Positions 28,152 to 37,291 of a stretch of 64,000 nt of DNA are shown in pieces. Made by a program: the position numbers and the translations under genes. The notes beneath the pieces are model-generated. The model was not told the DNA's origin, did no database searches, and worked only from the letters and a program-made list of their open reading frames with translations. The DNA lies in the sequence record PV112478.1. One strand, given 5' to 3'. Every line of letters begins with the position of its first letter. Position 1 is the stretch's first letter.

Positions 28152-28571
28152 TTATACGCGTTTTAGCGATTCAATTTCGATTATCGCTTCAATCTCGAAA
28201 AACATTCGGACAAAGAAAGTAGCGATAGACAGAATACCTAATAAGTACTCATGGTGAACGCAGAGCAGAATGAATAGCACCACAGCCACGATTAAACGCA
28301 GCATAACGTTCATCCCGCCAGTGAAAGTCAGATGCTTCTCTATTTTTTGGCGAAGTTTACTTTTGTTCTCTGGCGTCAGCGATATTCTTGAGAGGTCAGG
28401 GAAGGAGAAGAACTGGAAACCCAGCCAGAGTAAGCGTATTATGATCAACGTGATCACCCAGTAAATTACTGCATCCTCTAATAACGGGATTTTCGCAATA
28501 ATGAGAATAGCCAGGGCGAAGCAGGAGAACAAAGAGAGTATTTTGGAAAGTAGGGTCAGCGAGTAAAACAT
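28152..28571 (-). CDS. multi-TM membrane protein
   Basis: Four hydrophobic segments. Confidence 0.7.
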   Translation of the reverse strand: MFYSLTLLSKILSLFSCFALAILIIAKIPLLEDAVIYWVITLIIIRLLWLGFQFFSFPDLSRISLTPENKSKLRQKIEKHLTFTGGMNVMLRLIVAVVLFILLCVHHEYLLGILSIATFFVRMFFEIEAIIEIESLKRV

Positions 28572-28603
28572 TTTATATCTTCCTTAACGTTAACGTTTTA
28601 GAA

Positions 28604-28630
28604 CGTCTCCGGTTCAGAGAACCGGAGACG
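28604..28630 (-). terminator. hairpin terminator closing the three-gene exported cassette
   Basis: CGTCTCCGGTT-cagag-AACCGGAGACG. Confidence 0.65.
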
Positions 28631-28638
28631 GGAGTGGA

Positions 28639-29133
28639 TTAGTTTTCGCAGGTCAGGACAACTTTGCCTTGGATGTGAGTAGTGCCCAGCGGCATCTCTT
28701 GTGCGTCGAGGTTGATTTTCGGCGCGATAGCCAGCGTTTTGCTGTTACCCTGGATCTGCTGATTTTGAGCAGCAGCGGACCACGCGTATTCCTGGTTGTT
28801 GATGAATACGGAAGTTTGCGAACGATCGCTGATGGTCATGAGGTTATCAGCGAAGGCGAAGCGGCCGGTGTTTTGGGTCAATTTGGCTTCGGTCAGTTTC
28901 CAGCTCTGGCGAGCGGTGTTACTTTTCAGTACGAAGTTAACTGCCTTTTGATTATCGGTACCTTGCTCGCCTTTCAGAAGGATCCCGCCGGTCTGCTGAC
29001 CATTGGCAAAATCGATCCCACATGACATTTGAGTTTGAGTGTATTCTGCATCCCATACCATTTCCTGCGCAGCGAACGCAGTAGAAGACAGAGACAGTAC
29101 CAGAGCAGCCACAGCGAATTTTACGTTTTTCAT
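28639..29133 (-). CDS. exported pilin/fimbrial-subunit-like protein
   Basis: Signal peptide; N-terminal alternating strand EMVWDAEY...SCGI; C-terminal GTTHIQGKVVLTC; two Cys; beta-rich, 143 aa mature. Confidence 0.55.
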   Translation of the reverse strand: MKNVKFAVAALVLSLSSTAFAAQEMVWDAEYTQTQMSCGIDFANGQQTGGILLKGEQGTDNQKAVNFVLKSNTARQSWKLTEAKLTQNTGRFAFADNLMTISDRSQTSVFINNQEYAWSAAAQNQQIQGNSKTLAIAPKINLDAQEMPLGTTHIQGKVVLTCEN

Positions 29134-29175
29134 TTGTTTTCCAAAAGAGAGATTGAGTTAATGTTTTATTACAAC

Positions 29176-29580
29176 TTACGGATCGACACGCATCGCACGT
29201 TGAGAATCCATTTGCTGATTCTGTTCCATGCGTTCCATTTCCATCTCTAAACGACGGATCTGTAATTCTTTTTGGCGACGACTAAGATCAGCTAACCGCT
29301 CGCAGCTTTCGGCCATCTTATCGTCACCGCCTAAGGGGATACTTATACTAACATACCCGCCTTTATCGTTATCTGCATAACGATACTGACTACCATTATT
29401 TCCGTACGCCCCGACGTTAATCGTTGCTTGCGGGCGGCTGACCTCACAGCTGATATCACCGTTTTGTACGCGGCCACGATTTTCAGCTGTGTTGTTCATG
29501 ATGTAAGGCGCATCGGCAAAAGCCATTGTTGAACAAGCCAGTGTAACTGTAAAGAGTAAGACTTTATTCAACATGGACAT
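29176..29580 (-). CDS. exported protein with amphipathic beta-hairpin and C-terminal coiled coil
   Basis: Signal peptide; ATINVGAYG...GGYVSISIPLG; two Cys; heptad tail RRQKELQIRRLEMEMERME. Confidence 0.6.
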   Translation of the reverse strand: MSMLNKVLLFTVTLACSTMAFADAPYIMNNTAENRGRVQNGDISCEVSRPQATINVGAYGNNGSQYRYADNDKGGYVSISIPLGGDDKMAESCERLADLSRRQKELQIRRLEMEMERMEQNQQMDSQRAMRVDP

Positions 29581-29935
29581 TGAAGCACACCTCGGGCTGG
29601 AACTGCACGTTGGGTATTACCTGCATTGCGCAGATAGGGACGTATTTCTGTCCATTATCGTGCTGCTGGATAAATTTGTTATTGATGGTCATCGGAAAGG
29701 TCGCTCTTTCACCACCGAAAACATATTTTTTGTAGGGGATCCCTTTCTTATCCGCAATGACCTTATTCCCGACACGAAAAACAAAATCACCGGATTCTTT
29801 CGTATCGATGTACATCTCAATTTGAGAATAGCCGTCCATGCCGATAGAGTTAGTTTGGTTAACTGGACCGAAGTAGTGGGCAGAGGCATTCGCCGCAAAG
29901 AAGGCAATCCCTATTAAAGCAAAGCGTGGTTTCAT
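29564..29935 (-). CDS. exported Ig/PapD-chaperone-like protein
   Basis: Signal peptide ending ANASA|H; all-beta; C-terminal Cys pair PICA...EVCF. Confidence 0.55.
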   Translation of the reverse strand: MKPRFALIGIAFFAANASAHYFGPVNQTNSIGMDGYSQIEMYIDTKESGDFVFRVGNKVIADKKGIPYKKYVFGGERATFPMTINNKFIQQHDNGQKYVPICAMQVIPNVQFQPEVCFNVHVE

Positions 29936-29946
29936 TTTAGTTTCTC

Positions 29947-30366
29947 TTATTTACGGCGACGTTGATGGTTGTTGTTGAATTTGTTGGCGAGGGTATTAAA
30001 TGATTCCTTTGAGATTTTATTTTCTTTCAAGGAGCTGATCTCGACGACATTGCGTTTATCGTTGCAAGGCCATAAAGACTCAATCAATTCTGCGGTGTCG
30101 TCTTTTTCAAGACCACGATAAATCTCTTCTAGTATATAGTAGTCGCAGAAGGCCGCCGCATCTAAAATGAGATTTGACATTTTAGCCCCTTTGAAAGGAT
30201 ACAGCTGACTAGCAACTAATTCGCCGTCTAAAATGTAAAGCGCCACCGAAATTTTTGGTGTGGTATAAATAGCTTTGACTTTAATCTCTTTAACAGTATA
30301 AGAACTTTTATTAATAGCTTTTTGTACGTTTTCGATAGTTTTCGCAGTCAGTAACATTAATAGCAC
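29947..30366 (-). CDS. hypothetical protein
   Basis: 139-aa ORF after promoter module copy 3. Confidence 0.6.
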   Translation of the reverse strand: MLLMLLTAKTIENVQKAINKSSYTVKEIKVKAIYTTPKISVALYILDGELVASQLYPFKGAKMSNLILDAAAFCDYYILEEIYRGLEKDDTAELIESLWPCNDKRNVVEISSLKENKISKESFNTLANKFNNNHQRRRK

Positions 30367-30370
30367 TCCA

Positions 30371-30453
30371 ATAGGTTTAGTTATTTTATTTACGGAAAGG
30401 TTTTATCTTTCCTAAATCACTGTAGCTATATAGATGTTAAAAAAATTGGAGAT
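30371..30453 (-). promoter_or_regulatory. promoter module (copy 3)
   Basis: GGTTTAGTTATT...GGAAAGGTTTTATCTTTCC...GCTATATAGATGTTAAAAAAATTGGAGAT. Confidence 0.55.
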
Positions 30454-30474
30454 GGGTTCATCTCCAATTGCCTG

Positions 30475-30837
30475 TTATTTCGAATAGCTGTTACGAACGG
30501 TAGTCAGGTATTGCCCGCCATTAGGAAAGTTCCCTTTCCCGTCGATGTAATCAAATGTGATTTCATGACTAGGGATAGTCGAAAGAAACCCTCGCTGGTT
30601 CGCCACGATCAGTTGTTTGATGACGTTTTGAATTCGTTTCGTCAACACCGTCAATCGGGCATTACCAGGACAAACGTTAGTGTAAATTTCGTTATAACGT
30701 TTCCCAATCAGTGACAACCTGGCAGGTGCTCGGAAAAGTACGCGTACCCCTTCTTTTTCGTAAATTTCTTTCTCAAGCTCCCACAGACCAAAAGTCTCCA
30801 TGGTATCCGGTTGTACAGGAACATCTTGCTTAGTCAT
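30475..30837 (-). CDS. hypothetical phage protein
   Basis: 120-aa ORF with GAGG RBS. Confidence 0.65.
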   Translation of the reverse strand: MTKQDVPVQPDTMETFGLWELEKEIYEKEGVRVLFRAPARLSLIGKRYNEIYTNVCPGNARLTVLTKRIQNVIKQLIVANQRGFLSTIPSHEITFDYIDGKGNFPNGGQYLTTVRNSYSK

Positions 30838-30883
30838 TTTCTTTCCTCTGAAAAGTAGGCGGGGATTAGCCCCGCCTACTGTG

Positions 30884-31147
30884 TTAGTCTTTTTCTGACA
30901 GACCTAATGCAATGTCTGCCTTTTCTCGCGCTACAATTTCGCTATGGGTAAGCCCGTGCCCTTTACGTTGATGGCCGCACATCCAGCAACTACAGTTACA
31001 AGGTGTGGTCGCTACACGACCGATAATGCCTTTATCGGTTTGGGGTTTCATCCCATTAAAATAGACATTGGCGTTCCAATAGTGAGAAACTTTCTTTTTC
31101 TTCATAGCACGTTTGAAACGGCGAAAAGCGCGGTCACGAATAGCCAT
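30884..31147 (-). CDS. small basic Cys-rich (Zn-binding) phage protein
   Basis: TPCNCSCWMCGHQRK motif; start re-called at MAIRD. Confidence 0.65.
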   Translation of the reverse strand: MAIRDRAFRRFKRAMKKKKVSHYWNANVYFNGMKPQTDKGIIGRVATTPCNCSCWMCGHQRKGHGLTHSEIVAREKADIALGLSEKD

Positions 31148-31228
31148 CGTTTTAAATCCTCTGAGTTCACCCGTAGAGAACATCTCTACGGGCAGAATAT
31201 GATCTCAGAGTGGCGGTAGTACCGCATT

Positions 31229-31666
31229 TTAGGCAGCATATGCTTTTTCAACTCCCGATAAAATTTCGCCGAGCTTCTCGCCGGAGATATCACCTAACCC
31301 GCCAATAAAGGATTGAAGGGTATTGACACCTAATTTGAGATTGCGAGAAGGCCCAGCCCAGTAGTTAATGGAAAGTGAAATATAAAAACACTCTGGACTG
31401 AAGCAAATACCAGTACTTTTTACACCAGGTGTGACATGGAACAGAGGAACATACGGCGCTTTATTTTTCTCTGCTCCATTGTCAATGCTACTGTCCGCTG
31501 GAAACAGGTCATGAAAATGAATAACAACGGAACGGTCTTTGGCCTTGACAAACAGCCCGAAATTGATTCGTAGTTTATCATCGCCACTGACCTGAATAAA
31601 TTCCCCGAAGTCAGCCTTGTTACGTTTGGTCCAAATCCCTTTACGCCCTTTAAATGTAGTGATCAT
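31229..31666 (-). CDS. hypothetical phage protein
   Basis: 145-aa ORF with GGAGGA RBS. Confidence 0.7.
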   Translation of the reverse strand: MITTFKGRKGIWTKRNKADFGEFIQVSGDDKLRINFGLFVKAKDRSVVIHFHDLFPADSSIDNGAEKNKAPYVPLFHVTPGVKSTGICFSPECFYISLSINYWAGPSRNLKLGVNTLQSFIGGLGDISGEKLGEILSGVEKAYAA

Positions 31667-31669
31667 CTT

Positions 31670-32002
31670 TTATTCCTCCGGCCATTGAATGAGAATGGCG
31701 TTACCTGTCCGCCGAGAGTATAACTCAGCTTCTTTGGACTTAATACAACGTTGAACATACCCAACAGAATAATCACCGTAGTGCGCGATCTCTTCGTCGC
31801 GTATCCCGCGTAAATGTGCTTCGTAAATTCCCGTCTGACGGAGATCCATTTGGATAAGTTCACGAAGATGGTATTCTTCCTCACGAAGCGCGTTTAGTGC
31901 TTTCTCTACCGAACTTTGAGCGATGATATTTGCTTTAAGTTCAAAAAGGCGTTGTCTTTGATGAGTAGAAATTGCCTCAGAATCATTTAAAAAGCAGTCC
32001 AC
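31670..32002 (-). CDS. hypothetical phage protein
   Basis: 110-aa helical ORF. Confidence 0.6.
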   Translation of the reverse strand: MDCFLNDSEAISTHQRQRLFELKANIIAQSSVEKALNALREEEYHLRELIQMDLRQTGIYEAHLRGIRDEEIAHYGDYSVGYVQRCIKSKEAELYSRRTGNAILIQWPEE

Positions 32003-32213
32003 GACAGACCTCCGCTTCTTCAGTGTTCGCTGTCAAATGAAAACCGTTAAGGGTGGTCAGATCACAACCCACCACTAACCCTAATCTGGTTATATCGAAA
32101 AGGGTATCGAAAATAGGTTCATCGAGATCCGTTACCTCAACCCCTTCGACCTGCTCTAACTCCGTTTTAATTTTGGCGTTAGCGTACCGCAATAGATTGC
32201 CTTCGTACATCAT
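31983..32213 (-). CDS. hypothetical phage protein
   Basis: 76-aa ORF with GGAGG RBS. Confidence 0.6.
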   Translation of the reverse strand: MMYEGNLLRYANAKIKTELEQVEGVEVTDLDEPIFDTLFDITRLGLVVGCDLTTLNGFHLTANTEEAEVCRGLLFK

Positions 32214-32624
32214 TTACCTCCAGCAAACATCGAACGTGATGATATCAAAACGGTAACTACCGTCTTGATTTCGCTTACGAAGAATTCGCGGGACAAATTC
32301 GAAAGGAAGTGTTTCCTTCATCAGCGCCCCCGCTACTTTCTCGGAACGAATAGGGCTGTAGTTTGTGATACTCGTAATGAGATTCCCTTCACTGTCCCAC
32401 TTGTAGTTCTTCGTCACAAAGTGACATTGGTCGCGGTTAACCGTCACATAACGTTGGAAGTCCTCTTTGGACATCGGACCTTTCGGCCTCTCCAATACCC
32501 CTAATTCCAAAAACGAGTGTTTACGTTCAAAGAATTTCCTGACCGCATCCGGGGAGTACTTATCGACATCGTCCTTTTTCAGAATGATTATTTCCCGAAT
32601 GAATCTGCTTAAATCATTGTTCAT
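32214..32624 (-). CDS. degenerate S80/prohead-protease-fold-like protein
   Basis: ELG...RYVTVNRDQCHF...FVPRIL...IITFDV pattern. Confidence 0.5.
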   Translation of the reverse strand: MNNDLSRFIREIIILKKDDVDKYSPDAVRKFFERKHSFLELGVLERPKGPMSKEDFQRYVTVNRDQCHFVTKNYKWDSEGNLITSITNYSPIRSEKVAGALMKETLPFEFVPRILRKRNQDGSYRFDIITFDVCWR

Positions 32625-33120
32625 TATCGGCCCCTTTCAGATACCCCGTTAAACGATCAACGTGCGGTTGTACCCACTCTATCGAATCGAACTCGTCGAT
32701 GTGTTCGGCCACGTAACGGATTTTCTCCGGGATAGGCTGTTTAAAGTGCTCGAGGAAGAGTTTAGCGAAACTGCACCCCAGGGCATCGATCTCCAGATAC
32801 CCGTCGATGAGCTCTTCAACGGTTACTTCATTCGCCCGATCTGCGCTATATTGAGAAAGGAGTTTCTCCAACTCAATACCGTGGGGATTAGCCGTGTCGA
32901 TAATAACGTCGGAGAGGCTTACAAAAGCATGGTTCCCGCAATCGTAAAAGATCACCTCATGTCCCCACTGCTTCGCTACCAAACCAATACATACTGCCGC
33001 CGTCCCGCAATCCCCGGAGTTAATCCGTTTAATCGCATCTTCTTTCGATTCACGGGAAAAATAGACCCGGTAAAAATCAACAAACTTATCAACAAGATTC
33101 AGGATTGATTCGGTAGGCAT
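32614..33120 (-). CDS. putative papain/transglutaminase-like Cys-His-Asp protein
   Basis: INSGDCGTAA...GNHAFVSLSDVIIDTANPHG; start re-called at MPTES with GGAG RBS. Confidence 0.55.
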   Translation of the reverse strand: MPTESILNLVDKFVDFYRVYFSRESKEDAIKRINSGDCGTAAVCIGLVAKQWGHEVIFYDCGNHAFVSLSDVIIDTANPHGIELEKLLSQYSADRANEVTVEELIDGYLEIDALGCSFAKLFLEHFKQPIPEKIRYVAEHIDEFDSIEWVQPHVDRLTGYLKGADNEQ

Positions 33121-33793
33121 TTTCAAACTCCTTGCGGTTGTTATCATCTAAGAAAAATTCCATGGCATCACGGTACCGGTGCCAGCATTGCGTATCACGG
33201 AAATGATAGATTTTATCAAGCTCAGTAATACGGTCAGTGACAAGTTTGTGAAGATGTGCGTAGTAACGTCCTTTCGGAAGAAACTGCGTAAAGATATCTT
33301 TTTCCGTGAGCCAAATTTTAAGGAAGGTGACTTCTATCCCTTCAACGTCTTTTAGGTTGTCGAGGATATCTGCCAATTTCACCGCCCACGCGTCAGGGTT
33401 AGCGGAGTTAAGGAGTTTAGTCGCCTCTAACATCGTTCGGTCTTTCCGGTTCGCTTGTATGGCTTTAGTTGTGTAGCGATCCGTAACCCAATCAACGAGT
33501 TTCAGTGTCTCATCAACCAGTTGGGTGTAATTACCGTCTATGCTATCAAACGTAAACAGCATAAAACGGAGATCCTCTAAAGAGATCTCGGTATCCTCAA
33601 CCACGTCATGTAACAGACCTGCGCAGACTACGGTGATAGGGTAGTCATTTTCCTTGAGCGTTTCACTGACGGAAAACGGATGGATGTAATAAGGTTTGTT
33701 AGACCCTTTTCTTTTTTGCCCAGTGGCAGAATGCGTTGACATCGCCACCAGATTACAAACAGAATATAATTTTCGTTCCGCTTCAGTTTTCAA
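33089..33793 (-). CDS. HD-domain small alarmone hydrolase (Mesh1/SpoT-HD-like)
   Basis: H..GQKRKGSNKPYYIHP, AGLLHDVVEDT, VTD, VKLADILDN motifs. Confidence 0.8.
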   Translation of the reverse strand: MKTEAERKLYSVCNLVAMSTHSATGQKRKGSNKPYYIHPFSVSETLKENDYPITVVCAGLLHDVVEDTEISLEDLRFMLFTFDSIDGNYTQLVDETLKLVDWVTDRYTTKAIQANRKDRTMLEATKLLNSANPDAWAVKLADILDNLKDVEGIEVTFLKIWLTEKDIFTQFLPKGRYYAHLHKLVTDRITELDKIYHFRDTQCWHRYRDAMEFFLDDNNRKEFENAYRINPESC

Positions 33794-33818
33794 TCCTAAG
33801 GCCCTCTGAGTAAGCTTT

Positions 33819-33833
33819 CAATAAAGTGATATA
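33819..33833 (-). promoter_or_regulatory. phage promoter motif TATATCAC-NN-TATTG
   Basis: CAATAAAGTGATATA on plus strand. Confidence 0.6.
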
Positions 33834-33902
33834 GTCTTCAAATAAATTCCACAGGACGTAAAATAGAAAGAGAGGAGGGCAGCTGCCCTCCTCTCTCTGT
33901 GC

Positions 33903-34526
33903 TTAATAAATCCGAATTTCGTACTGGCCTTGTTGAACGAAGGTCATTCCTAAACCCATATTTGAAGGCCAATTAATCAGGATTTTCCCGACCATAGCTT
34001 CCTTCTCAACGATGGCTGAAGACATCTCAATTGCTTCGCTCGCTAACCCTTTGTTTACCACGTACTCACCGAAGATATTAGGGTAGGTCAAGTTCGTCGC
34101 AATGATACGGTGATAGCCTGTGGTACCGATTAAACGACTCGGAATAGTGATCGACTCGTTTGCCAAAGCAGTATAGCGGAACACCACCCCAGTCGCGGAA
34201 CTGGTGATCGGAATTTCAATCGCCTTACCGGATTCAGTAAGTAATTGGGCTAACGTGTTACCGTCGAATTTGAAGATATTCGCCGAGGAGCGAGTGAAGT
34301 CCGACCAGATTAGTGCATAATCACCAGCTTTGAGATCGGCTAACGCTTTAGCGCTATCGTCGTAAACTGTCGGGTTAGCCATAATCATTCGTAGGATAGC
34401 GACGGAGACAGCTTGGGTACTTTCTGCTCCGTCCACTAACGAAGTAGAGAAAGGAATAATATCTTTCTCAGCAATGGTATTGACTCGGTTGAGTTCTGAG
34501 ATCTTAACGGAAATATCGTCTGCCAT
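33903..34526 (-). CDS. probable virion tail/fibre-adaptor protein
   Basis: N-terminus KISELN... shared with tailspike 42654; beta-rich; TATG upstream. Confidence 0.55.
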   Translation of the reverse strand: MADDISVKISELNRVNTIAEKDIIPFSTSLVDGAESTQAVSVAILRMIMANPTVYDDSAKALADLKAGDYALIWSDFTRSSANIFKFDGNTLAQLLTESGKAIEIPITSSATGVVFRYTALANESITIPSRLIGTTGYHRIIATNLTYPNIFGEYVVNKGLASEAIEMSSAIVEKEAMVGKILINWPSNMGLGMTFVQQGQYEIRIY

Positions 34527-34575
34527 GTTGACACCTTTTAAACGCGATTGTTAACATAGCAAACCATCCGGAGAA

Positions 34576-35811
34576 TTACGCCTGAACAGGGTTAGCGTTA
34601 TCGGACGTCAAGGTTTGATCGATGACGGCGACTTTCTCCTTAGGGTGTTTGATCTTAAACCGCCTACGCATCTGATAAAGGTAATTCTCATCATCACCAA
34701 CGTATTTTACCTCATAGCCTACCCGATCAAAATAGGTGATCTCGTCAGGTTTATCCGACGCCTTGACTAACGACACCACTACTTTATCATTAAAACGCTT
34801 AGAGGTAACTTCGACCCAAGATTGGAATTTTTGCGACGGGAACATAGGTTTTGTGAAATTAATCACGAAACGCGCCCCTCTAAACCAAACGAGTTCATCT
34901 CCAGCCAATTTCGCGTCCAGTGGAATCATTGCGATCAGTCGGGTCAAAGGTGCCACTAGTGTACGGGGGAGAGTTTCACCACGGAACATTCCACCGATAG
35001 GGACATTTTCGTTACCGTTTTCGTAATCGTCTGTCCAATAAACGTTATCTAAACTCATGAGCGCTCTTTTACGGGTCTTGTGATCAAAGGTACCCATCAG
35101 CTTAATAAACCGAGTAAAAAGCGCACTGAGTGCTTCCTGTTGGTCTTTATGAATAAAGAATGATTCAAGGTTGATATAGTCACCATTAATAAACCCCGCG
35201 GCTTGTGTAACAGCACGGGTGTCGGAAATTGCGGCGGCGTGTTCAGGGGATATTTCTAACGCACCGTCACGATCGGCATAAAAGTGTTTCTCGATATCAT
35301 CGGGCTGGACCCACGGGAAGGTCACTTCTACCGATGAATAAAAATTGTGGTAACCAATAAAGTCACTGCTGTAGGAAGAAGGAGTGTAGAAAATTCTACC
35401 GTCTAAAAAACGCGCAATTCCGTCATCGTCCATGAAGACGGCGCTACAACGTTTGTTCTGTTTGGAGCCATAGCTGTGTTCGGTCCATTCGTCCTCTTCA
35501 CCTGTCAGTGGTGTTAATGGACGATAGCTCACCAGGGTAATGAATTGTCCCAATAACTGGTCGCGTTTAGTATCGTCGAGATTAGGGTTCTCAAACAACA
35601 AGCGACTGAAACCGGAAAGTAGTGAGGCATTATCGTCTATAGGGGTCAGTGATTTTCGCCAGGCTTTGAGGGAACCGATTAAAATCCCGGCGCTGCCACC
35701 GGAGTGCCCTTGATCATGCCAGATATCAAACGCTGCACGTAATACGGAACGACTTTCTTCATCGAGCTTAGCGAATTCAAATTCCGCTTCGAAGTGGGAC
35801 TGTAAATTCAT
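34576..35811 (-). CDS. conserved phage protein of unknown function
   Basis: QGHSGGSA...PLTPLTGEEDEW...QNKRCSAVF motif family. Confidence 0.65.
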   Translation of the reverse strand: MNLQSHFEAEFEFAKLDEESRSVLRAAFDIWHDQGHSGGSAGILIGSLKAWRKSLTPIDDNASLLSGFSRLLFENPNLDDTKRDQLLGQFITLVSYRPLTPLTGEEDEWTEHSYGSKQNKRCSAVFMDDDGIARFLDGRIFYTPSSYSSDFIGYHNFYSSVEVTFPWVQPDDIEKHFYADRDGALEISPEHAAAISDTRAVTQAAGFINGDYINLESFFIHKDQQEALSALFTRFIKLMGTFDHKTRKRALMSLDNVYWTDDYENGNENVPIGGMFRGETLPRTLVAPLTRLIAMIPLDAKLAGDELVWFRGARFVINFTKPMFPSQKFQSWVEVTSKRFNDKVVVSLVKASDKPDEITYFDRVGYEVKYVGDDENYLYQMRRRFKIKHPKEKVAVIDQTLTSDNANPVQA

Positions 35812-35995
35812 CTTTGTTTCCTTAGCTTATTTTTCGATTAATTGATTGTATAAAGCGTATTCTCTGTGCGTTTTAATAACGACTTTCTTCTTATTATCAG
35901 ACTAAAGGCGAAGTGCGTAAAAAGATCTCTGAGCAAGGTATATCTTATGTTACGAACGCCCCTATTATCACCCTTTGCAAAGGTTATGACCCAAA

Positions 35996-37291
35996 ATGAA
36001 ACATACTCGTAAAGTACTCGAAGCCCTTGCTTCTACCCCCTCTTTGGAAGCCCAAGCGTTTATTGATCTCCCGGAAGGCGACGCTGGTGAGTTAGGTTTA
36101 CTGGCCCTCGAAGCTTATGAGCTGACCGGTGAAGTGGTCGATCAGCTCGATGAATCTGCGATTCTCGATGACAAATCCGAACGCGGTGAACTCCTGAAAG
36201 ATTTTATCAGTAGCGAAGTCGTAGGCGAAGATCGTATCGCCACCCCGGCCGAAATTGCGCTTATCGAACAAGCGACCGACGCCGTAGTTGACGGCACCGG
36301 TGAAACCGTAGAAACCGTCATCCCTTCTCTGGAAGCATTTGAAATCAAAGGCGCGTCTGAACCTGCTCTCGAATCGCTCGGCGAAACCGTCAGTAATTTC
36401 ATGAAAGGCGCAGTTCAGTTAGTCAAGAACGCCGGCGAGTCTTTCAAGAAATACGTGAAAGGACTGTTCTCTCGTTTGGAAGCCCTGAAGAATCTGGTGT
36501 CTTCTGTCGAGAAGAAAGCGACCGATGCAGAGTTTAAAGACAGTGTTCCGGTCAGTGAATCTTCCTCGGTTTACGTTGCGTGGGACAATAACAGTTTCGC
36601 GACGACGTTTGACAAAGCCGTTTCCGGTTTAGAAACGATCGCCAAGAAAACCGCCGAGCTCTCCGGTCCGTACTCCCAGAAAGTCCTGACCAAACACGAC
36701 GAATTCGTTAACCTGGTACAGAAGACTTTTGATACCTCGTTAGGCCGCGGTGATGCCAAAGCGAACAGTCGTAACGATCTCGCGAAAAAATTCATCGCTA
36801 ATGCTGAGGCGTTAGACGCACTGTTCCAGAGTACCTTTACCGATGGTAAAGCGTTCGGCGGGATTTATATTTCTAACGGCGAAAGACTGGAAAAGAGCGA
36901 AGACTTCCGCGCTGTCTCGAAAAGCATTGGCGAGTCCGTACCGGATATCTACTTAGCCGGGAACACCGACGGTCGCGCCTTTGAAATGACCGGCGTAAAC
37001 AAAGAATCTGTGCGCCGTCTTTGCCAGATGGTCAAAGGGACGATGGGAAGTCTCTCCCGTACCAAAGTGACCGGCACCATGTTTAACGTTGATTTCTTTA
37101 CTACGCACACCGACTTTGGTTTGGCAAGTTCTATCGTATTCGGGATCAGTAGCACCCAGTATCAAACCGCGATTAATCGCGTTAACCGGGCGTACATCAA
37201 AGCTTACACGAAACCGTTGATGCAATTCATCAACCACTTCTTCCGTGTGGCCGAAGCCCAGCTGAATGTGGCCAAAAAAGCAATGAAATAA
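35996..37291 (+). CDS. internal head (inner-body/ejection) protein with acidic propeptide
   Basis: Acidic N-terminal ~130 aa with repeated xLE/A sites (VLEA, SLEA, ALEA, SLEA, ALES); TATG at 35946; flanked by terminator. Confidence 0.7.
   Translation: MKHTRKVLEALASTPSLEAQAFIDLPEGDAGELGLLALEAYELTGEVVDQLDESAILDDKSERGELLKDFISSEVVGEDRIATPAEIALIEQATDAVVDGTGETVETVIPSLEAFEIKGASEPALESLGETVSNFMKGAVQLVKNAGESFKKYVKGLFSRLEALKNLVSSVEKKATDAEFKDSVPVSESSSVYVAWDNNSFATTFDKAVSGLETIAKKTAELSGPYSQKVLTKHDEFVNLVQKTFDTSLGRGDAKANSRNDLAKKFIANAEALDALFQSTFTDGKAFGGIYISNGERLEKSEDFRAVSKSIGESVPDIYLAGNTDGRAFEMTGVNKESVRRLCQMVKGTMGSLSRTKVTGTMFNVDFFTTHTDFGLASSIVFGISSTQYQTAINRVNRAYIKAYTKPLMQFINHFFRVAEAQLNVAKKAMK

Noticed and set aside
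31663-31884. 73-aa alternative-frame ORF
   Set aside because: Lies almost entirely within 31670-32002 in another frame.
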